Assembly: GCA_041946735.1 (NCBI GenBank)
Contig: JBHGAY010000025.1
Coordinates: 9,249 to 73,248 of the forward strand
Length of the DNA stretch: 64,000 nt
Reading direction: 5' to 3'
Source: Candidatus Eiseniibacteriota bacterium
Lineage (GTDB): Bacteria > Eisenbacteria > RBG-16-71-46 > CAIMUX01 > VGJL01
The translations under genes and the position numbers were made by a program. Of the stretch, positions 1-7,745 are shown one piece after another. The notes beneath the pieces were generated by a model. It was given only the letters and a program-made list of their open reading frames with translations, searched no databases and was not told the origin of the DNA. How positions within the stretch are numbered: the first letter of the stretch is position 1; every line of letters begins with the position of its first letter.

Positions 1-168
1 ATCGACCGGATTGTGGCGGCTCCGCTCCCACTGGTCGGCGTCCATCCGGCGGAAGACCTCGGCGGCGTCCGGATTCCAGGTCCACCAAAGGTTGCGCGCG
101 AGAACCGCGAGCGGCTGCAACCTCTCCGGCAGATTCGGAACGACGCGAAAGGTCCGGACCGTGGGCAT
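1..168 (-). CDS. glgP: Alpha-glucan (glycogen) phosphorylase, N-terminal part; runs off the window start
   Basis: Not in the ORF track. Manual translation from ATG at 168 gives MPTVRTFRVVPNLPERLQPLAVLARNLWWTWNPDAAEVFRRMDADQWERSRHNPV, the typical LPxxLxxLxxLAxNLWWxW...HNPV start of GlgP. GGAGG RBS upstream. Confidence 0.85.
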   Translation of the reverse strand, partial: MPTVRTFRVVPNLPERLQPLAVLARNLWWTWNPDAAEVFRRMDADQWERSRHNPVD

Positions 169-262
169 GCGGAAAACCTCCCTGGAGACGGCGCTTCCAT
201 GCCGCGGACGGCGTCCCTGCCGCCGCCACGCTCCTTCCTGATTCTATCGGTAGCTGGGAACG

Positions 263-1114
263 GTGACTGTACCACAGGAACGATTCTTGCCCGCGACGGT
301 TCCGGGCGGCAGAATCGGGGCCGTGCGACCCCGAACCTCCCATCCCTGGGACATCACGCCGCGAGAGGCGTTCGCGCTGCAGCGCGAGCTGGCGGCACGC
401 GTCCGCGAAATCCCTCTCCCCTGGGACCGCGTCCGCCGGGTGGCCGGCTGCGACGTGGCTGGGGATCGCGACAGCGTGCACGCCGTCGTCGTCCTCCTCG
501 ATCTGCGATCCCGCCGGGTGATCGAGCAGGTGGAGGCGAGTCTTCCCGGGGGCTTCCCCTACATCCCGGGCCTTCTCTCGTTTCGCGAGATCCCGGTCCT
601 GCTCGAGGCCTTCGCCAAGCTCTCCGGCACTCCGGATGCCGTCCTGTGCGACGGCCAGGGGCGCGCGCATCCGCGGCGGTTCGGCCTCGCCTCGCACCTC
701 GGTGTGCTGCTCGACGTCCCGAGCGTCGGCGTCGCGAAGAGCCGCCTGATCGGCGAGGCGCGCGAGCCGGGGGCGCGGCGCGGCTGCTCGACGCGCCTGC
801 TGGATCAGGGAGAGGTGATCGGGCGCCTCCTGCGGTCGCGCGACGCGACCCGCCCGCTCTACGTGTCGGTCGGGCACCGGATCACGCTCGACGACGCGGT
901 GCGTCTCGTCCTGCGGATGGGCGGCGGCTATCGCCTGCCGGAGCCGACGCGCCAGGCGGATCGGATCGTGAGGGCGCTGGCGCGCGGGGTTCGAGCCGCG
1001 ACGCGGGAGGCAGCGGAGGCGCGGCGAGCGGCGGCGGGAGCGTCCTCAGCGTCCTCAGCGTCCTCAGCGGCCGCGGAGGCGCGGCGAGCGGCGGCGCGGC
1101 GGCCGATCGGGTAG
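263..1114 (+). CDS. nfi: Endonuclease V (deoxyinosine 3' endonuclease)
   Basis: Motifs VAGCDV, PYIPGLLSFRE, DGQGRAHPRRFGLASHLG, PLYVSVGH, RLPEPTR. Low-complexity Ala/Ser tail. True start may be slightly downstream. Confidence 0.95.
   Translation: MTVPQERFLPATVPGGRIGAVRPRTSHPWDITPREAFALQRELAARVREIPLPWDRVRRVAGCDVAGDRDSVHAVVVLLDLRSRRVIEQVEASLPGGFPYIPGLLSFREIPVLLEAFAKLSGTPDAVLCDGQGRAHPRRFGLASHLGVLLDVPSVGVAKSRLIGEAREPGARRGCSTRLLDQGEVIGRLLRSRDATRPLYVSVGHRITLDDAVRLVLRMGGGYRLPEPTRQADRIVRALARGVRAATREAAEARRAAAGASSASSASSAAAEARRAAARRPIG
1013..1096 (+). repeat. 24-nt direct repeat flanking three AGCGTCCTC units in the nfi 3' end
   Basis: GCGGAGGCGCGGCGAGCGGCGGCG at 1013-1036 and 1073-1096; (AGCGTCCTC)x3 at 1039-1065. 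Confidence 0.9.
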
Positions 1115-1123
1115 GATCGCCGA

Positions 1124-2551
1124 ATGATCGAGATCGCGGAACTCGCGGGGCGCGTCGAGCAGGAGCTTCCGGCCGGGGCGCGCGAAGTCGTTCGTCGCGT
1201 GACGGGCGCCGGTGGACGCATCTGCTTGGTCGGCGGCTCGATCCGCGATCTGCTCCTCGGCGGCGAGGCGCACGATTGGGATTTCGCGACCGACCTTCCC
1301 CCAGAGCAGGTACGCCGGCTGTTCGCTCGGGCGATCGACGCGGGGGTGCGCTTCGGGACCGTGCTCGTGCTCGAGCCCGACGGTCCCTTCGAGATCACGA
1401 CCTTCCGCAAGGAAGGGATCTACTCGGACGCGCGCCATCCCGACACGGTCGTCTTCACGACCTCCGTCGAGGAGGATCTCGCGCGGCGCGACTTCACGAT
1501 CAACGCGATGGCGTTCGACCTCGCCGCCCGCGAGCTGGTCGATCCGTTCGGGGGGCGCGACGATCTGGCCCGCCGCATCGTTCGCACGGTCGGGCGCCCG
1601 GACGACCGCTTCGGCGAGGACGCGTTGCGGATGCTGCGCTGCATTCGGATCGCGGGGCAGCTCGGCTTCTCGATCGACGATCCGACCTACTTCGCCATCG
1701 CGCGATCCGCGCCGCTGCTCGACGCGATTGCGCGCGAGCGGATCCGCGAGGAGTTCGACCGCATTCTCGGGCAGCCAAGGCCATCGGTCTCGATCGAGCG
1801 CCTCTACGAGACCGGGCTGCTCCAGCGGTTCCTGCCGGAGCTGGCCGCCTGCTACGGCGTCCCGCAAAACCGTTACCACGCTTTCGACATCTTCTACCAT
1901 TCGCTCGCGGCGGCGGATCGCGCACCGGCCGACAACAAGATCGTGCGGCTCGCGGCGCTCCTGCACGATCTCGGCAAGGTCGATACGCGGCGCGACGAAG
2001 GGGATGGCCGCGTCACCTTCTTCAACCACCAGGCGCACAGCGCGCGCAAGGCCGATGCGGCCCTGCTCCGGCTTCGCTATCCGACCGAGGAGAGGCGCCG
2101 GGTCGTCCACCTGATCCAGCAGCACATGTTCCACTACGACCACGAGTGGAGCGACAGCGCCGTCCGCCGTTTCGTGCGGACGGTCGGCCTCGAGCACCTC
2201 GACGATCTCTTCGCCACGCGCGCCGCGGACACGCTCGGCAACGGGATGCGGCGCAGCGCTTCCAGTCCCGAGCTGCGGGAGCTGCGGGGACGGATCGGCG
2301 AGATTCTCGATCGCGAGGCGGCGCTCTCCGTCCGCGACCTGAAGATCGGCGGCGTCGAGCTGATGGAGCGGCTCGGCGTGCGGCCCGGGCCTCTGATCGG
2401 ACGGATCCTCGCGGCGCTGCTCGAGGAGGTCCTCGAGGATCCCGCGAAGAACGAGCCGGAGACGCTGCTGCGCCGCGCGGAGGAGCTGCGGCCGGCGATC
2501 GAGGCGGAGCTGCCGGCGCGCGACGAACGCCATCGCGACCGCGAAAGCTGA
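1124..2551 (+). CDS. cca: CCA tRNA nucleotidyltransferase with HD domain
   Basis: VGGSIRDLLL, DWDFAT, EEDLARRDFTINAMA, EDALRMLR, ERIREE; HD domain (FYHSL...LLHDLGK). Flexible loop with E..Y..R present. Confidence 0.88.
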   Translation: MIEIAELAGRVEQELPAGAREVVRRVTGAGGRICLVGGSIRDLLLGGEAHDWDFATDLPPEQVRRLFARAIDAGVRFGTVLVLEPDGPFEITTFRKEGIYSDARHPDTVVFTTSVEEDLARRDFTINAMAFDLAARELVDPFGGRDDLARRIVRTVGRPDDRFGEDALRMLRCIRIAGQLGFSIDDPTYFAIARSAPLLDAIARERIREEFDRILGQPRPSVSIERLYETGLLQRFLPELAACYGVPQNRYHAFDIFYHSLAAADRAPADNKIVRLAALLHDLGKVDTRRDEGDGRVTFFNHQAHSARKADAALLRLRYPTEERRRVVHLIQQHMFHYDHEWSDSAVRRFVRTVGLEHLDDLFATRAADTLGNGMRRSASSPELRELRGRIGEILDREAALSVRDLKIGGVELMERLGVRPGPLIGRILAALLEEVLEDPAKNEPETLLRRAEELRPAIEAELPARDERHRDRES

Positions 2552-2576
2552 TTCGCGGCGATCGATCCGGATTCGA

Positions 2577-3347
2577 TCAGACCAGGAAGAACAGGTCCGG
2601 CGCGAAGGCGAGCGCCTCGTCGCTCAGGAACGCCTCGCCGTACTTCCTGCCGATCCGGATGCCGTAGTAGGCGCGGACCGTGTCGAGCAGGGGCAGGATC
2701 GAGTTTTCCGCCTTCCAGATCTTCATCTGCGATTCGTACGCCTGAATCGCCCGGTGCACGTCGTCCATCACCTCGCTGACGTCGACGACCATCGTCGGCA
2801 TCATGTCCTTCGGCACCATGTAATAGAAGAGCCGCCGCACGTCGTGGGCCGGAATCTCCGGCATCACGTTGCGGAAGCGCGCGAGCTTCAGGCCGTCGCG
2901 GACGAGCTGCCCCGTCGCGAAGTGATCGGAGTTCGCGGTTCCATCGTGATGATCGAAGCGATTGGTGTGGTACGGCGCGAAGACGATCGAAGGCCGGTGC
3001 TCGCGCACGACGCGGGCGATCGTGAGCCTGCCCTGCGGACTGTTGAAGACCTCGGTGTCGGGAAAGTCGAGGATCCGTCCGGAAGAACCGATCACTTCGT
3101 TCGCCGCGGCGAACTCGCGCGCGCGGGTCTCGCGATCTCCGTAGGTGCCCTTCTCGCCGCCGGTCAGCGCCACCGACAGAATCCGGCGTCCCGAGCGGAT
3201 CAGGCGGATCATCGTCCCCGCGACCGTCATCTCGGCGTCGTCCGGATGCGGGCTGAAGACGAGAACGTCGAACGTCCCCTGCGAGGACGGATCTTGCGGA
3301 CGACTCACGAACACCTCCCGGCCGGTCCCGGCCACGTGACGGGACAT
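2577..3347 (-). CDS. PIG-L family deacetylase (BshB1-like)
   Basis: PHPDDAE, LTGGEKGT...R..E, DH motif, AYESQ, GxKYGEAF. Start uncertain. Confidence 0.85.
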   Translation of the reverse strand: MSRHVAGTGREVFVSRPQDPSSQGTFDVLVFSPHPDDAEMTVAGTMIRLIRSGRRILSVALTGGEKGTYGDRETRAREFAAANEVIGSSGRILDFPDTEVFNSPQGRLTIARVVREHRPSIVFAPYHTNRFDHHDGTANSDHFATGQLVRDGLKLARFRNVMPEIPAHDVRRLFYYMVPKDMMPTMVVDVSEVMDDVHRAIQAYESQMKIWKAENSILPLLDTVRAYYGIRIGRKYGEAFLSDEALAFAPDLFFLV

Positions 3348-3422
3348 GGTAACCGTTGCCGGCGCCGATCGGCCAGCGGGAGGATCGGGCGGGTGGCGGC
3401 CCTCGGGGTCCCCGATCAGAGC

Positions 3423-4139
3423 TCAGAACTGCACGTTGGGCTGGATCGCGAGCTTCTGGCGAAGCGCCCGCTCGATCAGGACGATGCAGTTCTCGATCCC
3501 GATACCGGCGGTGTTCAGGCAGAGGTCGTAGGAGAGAGGATCGTCCGGCGAGCGGGAGAAGTAGGTGTGGAAGAAGTGCCTCCTCTCCTCGTCGACCTTC
3601 TGCACGAGCCGCTCCGCCTCCTCGAACGAAACCTGCCGCAGACGGCTGATCGTCTCGACTCTCTGCGCGAACGGGGCGACGATCCGTACGTGCAGGCTGC
3701 GAGCGGGATCGAGCAGGAAATTCGCGCCCCGGCCGAGGATCACGGCATGTCCGTGCATCGCGATCGTTCCCAGCACGCGGGCGAGGGTGTGCAGGTAGTC
3801 CCCTTTCGAGAGGAACTTCCCGTGGAGGAGCCCCTCGATCCAGAGACGCACCGAGGAGAGATCATGCTCGTCGAGGGAGGCGGCGATCGCTTCCTGGAAC
3901 TTCGACTGCTCGACGATGGCGTTCACGATTTCGCGGTCGAAGATCTGGTACCCGAGCGAAGCCGCGAGGCGGTGGGCGACCTCGCCTCCGCCCGAGCCGA
4001 ACGCGCGGGAAATGGTGATGACGGGACGAAGCGGCGTCGGGCGCTCCGTCCGGCTCTCCGCGGCGGCCCTCCGGCGCAGGTCCGCCTCCAGCTCCCATCG
4101 CCGGATTTGGCGGTCTATGATCTGTTCGATTCCGGTCAT
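3423..4139 (-). CDS. Cytidylate kinase-like family protein
   Basis: From ATG 4139 (MTGIEQIIDRQ): VITISRAFGSGG, VILGRGANFLL, HVRIVAP, YDLCLNT. Confidence 0.85.
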   Translation of the reverse strand: MTGIEQIIDRQIRRWELEADLRRRAAAESRTERPTPLRPVITISRAFGSGGGEVAHRLAASLGYQIFDREIVNAIVEQSKFQEAIAASLDEHDLSSVRLWIEGLLHGKFLSKGDYLHTLARVLGTIAMHGHAVILGRGANFLLDPARSLHVRIVAPFAQRVETISRLRQVSFEEAERLVQKVDEERRHFFHTYFSRSPDDPLSYDLCLNTAGIGIENCIVLIERALRQKLAIQPNVQF

Positions 4140-4340
4140 GGCCCTACCCCTCAGATTGCACGAGTCCGATGCGTCGCGGCAACGAGAGTACCACCGGGAC
4201 GGCAACGCCGTACAGCGGAGCGAACGCAGGAGCGAACGAAGGACGGAACGAAAGAGGGAACGAAGCGTGCGGCAGGTAGGGGCGGAGGACAGAAGAAGGT
4301 GGAGAAGGAGGAGAAGGCGGCGAAGGAGGCGCGGAGCAGG

Positions 4341-5531
4341 ATGCGGAGCCTGATCGTCCATGGCGGAGCCTGGCAGATTCCGGACGAGGAGATCGGCGCG
4401 CATCGGGAGGGACTGCGCCGGGCGCTCGCTCGCGGCGTCGCGCTCCTCCGCGCGGGCCGTCCCGCGCTCGACGTCGTCGTGGAGACCGTCGCCGTGCTCG
4501 AGGACGATCCGACCTTCGACGCCGGGCGAGGCTCCGTCCTGAACCTGGACGGGCGGATCGAGATGGACGCAGCCGTGATGGAAGGGCGCGGCCGCCGCGC
4601 CGGCGCCTGCGCGTGCGTGACCGACGTGGCCCATCCGATCCGGCTCGCCCGCGCGATCCTCGAAGATGGCCGGGCCGTCCTGCTCGCCGGCGAAGGCGCT
4701 TCGCGCTTCGCGCGCGCCTGCGGCATCCCGCCCTGCTCGTTCGAGGACCTGCTCGTGCCCCGGGAGGTGCGCCGCAAGGAGGAGATCGACCGGCTCCGCG
4801 CCTACGAGACGCGCATGGCGTTCGACGGCAGCCTGCGGGCGCCGGGCGAGAAAGGCGAGAGGGGCGAGAAGGGCCAGAAGGGCGGGAAGGGCGAGAGGGC
4901 CGGGAAGGGCGAGAGAGGCGCAAGAGGCGAGGGGCATCCGAGAGGGACGGTGGGAGCCGTCTGCTTCGACGCGGCCGGAGAGATCGCCGCCGCGACGTCC
5001 ACGGGGGGCGCACCGGACACGTGGCCCGGGCGGGTCGGTGACAGTCCGATCCTGGGCGCCGGCACGTGGGCGGAGGAAGGCGCGGGAGGCGCGAGCGCGA
5101 CCGGCTGGGGCGAGGCGATCCTGCGGGACCTCCTCGCCTATCGCACGGTCCAGGCGATCGACAGCGTCACGATCCTCTGGCGCGAGGGGGCCGGGCACGC
5201 AGGCGGATCGAGCGAGCCGGCTCGTCGCGCCCCCGCCGAGTCGCCTCGTGCGGCTGCCGCGGCCGCCGCTGCTCCCGCCGCTGCCACCCCCCTCGACCCC
5301 AACGCGCCGATCACCTGGGGGCCGGTCGTCTCCGGCACGCCCGGCTCGCCGGCCGCGCGCGCGGCGCTCTCGGCGATCGAGAGCTTCGCTCGTGGAGTCC
5401 GCGGGGTCGGCGGCGTCATCCTGCTCGGCCCCGACGGGACCCCGGGGTTCGCGTTCAACACCCCGCGTATGGCGCGCGGGTACTGGGTGGAGGGGATGGG
5501 AGAGCCTTGGATCGACACGGAGCCGGCCTGA
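4341..5531 (+). CDS. Isoaspartyl peptidase / L-asparaginase (Ntn hydrolase)
   Basis: LIVHGGA, LEDDPTFDAGRGS, EMDAAVM, G|TVGAV nucleophile, TSTGG, GRVGDSP, SATGWGE, FNTPRM. Start at ATG 4341 inside the longer 2754..5531 ORF. Confidence 0.92.
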   Translation: MRSLIVHGGAWQIPDEEIGAHREGLRRALARGVALLRAGRPALDVVVETVAVLEDDPTFDAGRGSVLNLDGRIEMDAAVMEGRGRRAGACACVTDVAHPIRLARAILEDGRAVLLAGEGASRFARACGIPPCSFEDLLVPREVRRKEEIDRLRAYETRMAFDGSLRAPGEKGERGEKGQKGGKGERAGKGERGARGEGHPRGTVGAVCFDAAGEIAAATSTGGAPDTWPGRVGDSPILGAGTWAEEGAGGASATGWGEAILRDLLAYRTVQAIDSVTILWREGAGHAGGSSEPARRAPAESPRAAAAAAAAPAAATPLDPNAPITWGPVVSGTPGSPAARAALSAIESFARGVRGVGGVILLGPDGTPGFAFNTPRMARGYWVEGMGEPWIDTEPA

Positions 5532-5553
5532 GTAGGAGAGGAGGGATCACGAG

Positions 5554-5853
5554 ATGCCGACGTTCGTGCTCATGACGAAGCTCGCCCCGGAAGTCTCCCG
5601 CGAGGTACGCCACCGGGAGGAGCTGGGGCAGCAATGGAAGGCCGCCGTCGAGGAGAAGTGCCCCGACGTGCGCTGGATCTCCCACTTCGCGCTCCTCGGT
5701 CCCTACGACTTCATGGACATCTTCGAAGCGAAGAGCGAGGAGAGCGCGGCGAAGGTCTCGATGATCTCCCGGGCGCGCGGTGCGGTCACGGCGGAATCGT
5801 GGACCGCGATCCCGTACGCCCGGTTCCTCGACATCAACGAGGAGATCGCCTGA
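5554..5853 (+). CDS. GYD domain protein
   Basis: MPTFVLMTKL...LLGPYDFMDIFEA...TAESWTAI pattern; 99 aa; RBS present. Confidence 0.8.
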   Translation: MPTFVLMTKLAPEVSREVRHREELGQQWKAAVEEKCPDVRWISHFALLGPYDFMDIFEAKSEESAAKVSMISRARGAVTAESWTAIPYARFLDINEEIA

Positions 5854-5974
5854 GAGGAAGGCGGATCGCGCAGGCCGCGATCGCCCGAGAGGCGGACCTC
5901 CGCCGGCGAATCCGGATCGCCCGAGCGGGCTCGTTCGAGCCGGATCACTCTCGGGCCCGCTCACTCGAGCCTGC

Positions 5975-7015
5975 TCACTCGAGCCGGATCAGCTTGCGCT
6001 GCACCGTCCCCTCGCTCGTCGTGAGCCGGGCGAAGAGGATTCCGGGACCGCCGGCCTCCGCGCCGCGCGCAGCATCGAAGCGCACCGTGTGTTCGCCGGG
6101 AGCGCGCGAGCCGTCGACGAACGTGGCGATTCTCCGTCCCTGGACGTCGAACAGCTCCAGCCGGATCGGATCGCGCGACGCGGCCGGCGAGACGGCGAAG
6201 ACGATCTCCGTCGAGACGCGGAAGGGGTTGGGTTGCGCGCCGAGAATCGCCGAGGCGAACGCCGTCACCGGCTCGCCGACGCCCATCGCCGGAGGCAGCT
6301 CCTGGAGGCGGGCGCCCTGCACGATCTCTAGATCCCCCTCGTGCTCCTGCAAGAAGGCGATCACCTTCAGATGGTCGCTGTGCCAGGACGGCTCCATCGT
6401 GACGTAGAAGTCGAAGACCACGTCGTCCCCCGGACCGGAGAAGGCGACGGGCCGCTCGACGATCTCGCGCGTGACGCGGTCGAGGAGGAATCCTTCCGAC
6501 CAGACGCTGTCCTCGAGAACGAAGAAGTAAGCGCGGGGATCATCGAACACCGCGGGATCGAGGAGGCGCAAGGTGGAATGCACGCGCACGCTCGCGTCTC
6601 CGATCTGATAGATCCCCTGGATCATGACGGGGCTCATCCCGCCCGTCTCGGCGATCCGCAGGTCGATCTTCTCCCCGAGCAGGGCCGCTGTGCCTTCACA
6701 GCCATCGATCCCTTGGTAGTAGCGGCTGCCGTCGATCCGCACGTAGGGCCACAGGTAGATGCCGTACCAGGCAGCGCGATGCTGCGCCTCCGGGATCGCG
6801 AGCGCATCGCACCAGTGCTCGTCGAACCAGAGAATGCGATCGCTTCCGTACGTCGCCTCGACCATCTGCAACCCGCACCGGGTGTCCCAGCAGGGAGGTC
6901 ACCCGAAGTAGTCGGCGAAGTGCTCGAGAACGAGAAGCTTCGGAACGCCCGCGGAGCAGAGCGAGATCGACAGCGCAGTCAGGACGGCCATGGAGACGAT
7001 GACCTTGCGGAGCAT
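5975..7015 (-). CDS. Secreted Omp28-related thioredoxin-like protein with FlgD/T9SS-like CTD; probable selenoprotein (UGA at codon 39, U-P-P-C)
   Basis: ATG 7015 with AAAGGGGGAG RBS; signal peptide MLRKVIVSMAVLTALSISLCSA; LVLEHFADYFG-TGA(6901-6899)-PPC continues in frame into ORF 5975..6871. Omp28-like VIAFLQ...EIVQGA; CTD QPNPF...LELFDVQGRRI...KLIRLE. Confidence 0.8.
6866..6893 (-). promoter_or_regulatory. Candidate bacterial SECIS hairpin
   Basis: Downstream of the UGA: CUGC...ACCC-GGUGC-GGGU-U-GCAG, with a G-led apical loop about 20 nt after the UGA. Confidence 0.55.
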
Positions 7016-7165
7016 CGCTCCCCCTTTCTGTCGTGTCGGGGCGGGGCGGAAGATGGAGTCCCCGCCGCTCGTCCACGGCGGGGAATATTCTCCTCTCTAC
7101 CGTCCAGAAGGGCAATCCGGACGGGAGGGGCGGGAAGGGCGGAAAGGGCGGAAAGGCCGGGGCGA

Positions 7166-7684
7166 TCAGGCCGGAGGCGCGTGCGGAGGGGCGAGCGCGG
7201 CGCGGCCCTCTTCGGCGTCGATCGGATCCTCGACATGGACGATCCCGCCTTCGAGGATCTCGGCGCGCAGACCGCCCCGATGGATGAGGCCTCGCAAGAC
7301 CTCTTTGCCGGTCATGCCGGCGAGATGGGCGCACGGCTCGCAGAGGCGGATCCCGCGGGCCCGGACCGCTCCGATCCGGAACTCGCGCCCCACCAGGTCA
7401 TTGAGCGCGATGCCGCGCGTCACGAGATTCCGGCGGCTTTCGCCGGCGCCGAGCGCGAAGCCGTAGTCGCGTGCAAGCGCCTCGATCGCCTCGGCCTCGA
7501 TCAGCGTCAACTCGTCCTCGGGACGGTGCGCTCCCGTGCCTGTCCGCACGCGGGCGAAATGCCGGTCCCCCTCGATCCCCGCCCCCGCCACGAGGCGCGC
7601 TTCGACGACCGGGTGAGGCGGCCCGCCCTGCTCGGCGATGATGTAGATCCCCTCGACCTGTCCTCTTCCCTTTCCTTGCTGCAT
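7166..7684 (-). CDS. MOSC domain protein
   Basis: GIEGDRHF, LTLIEAEAIE, RRNLVTRGIALNDLVG, RLCEPCAHL, RGGLRAEILEGG. Confidence 0.9.
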   Translation of the reverse strand: MQQGKGRGQVEGIYIIAEQGGPPHPVVEARLVAGAGIEGDRHFARVRTGTGAHRPEDELTLIEAEAIEALARDYGFALGAGESRRNLVTRGIALNDLVGREFRIGAVRARGIRLCEPCAHLAGMTGKEVLRGLIHRGGLRAEILEGGIVHVEDPIDAEEGRAALAPPHAPPA

Positions 7685-7745
7685 CGGCGCTCCTGAATCC
7701 CGGCCGGGTGTAGTCTGCCTCGTTCTCTGGCCCTTGTCCCGAATG

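Noticed and set aside
13..2667. 884-aa ORF and similar long Arg/Pro/Gly-rich ORFs (e.g. 14776..17721, 15933..18695, 18346..20616, 57745..60246, 59994..63329)
   Set aside because: Shadow frames of recognisable genes in high-GC DNA; low-complexity translations with no family motifs.
2754..4340. Long N-terminal extensions in the ORF track (asparaginase here; also the DUF1998 helicase, GT4, decarboxylase, macro domain and DinB)
   Set aside because: They overlap real genes in other frames or strands; internal starts match the family N-termini, most with an RBS or stop/start overlap.
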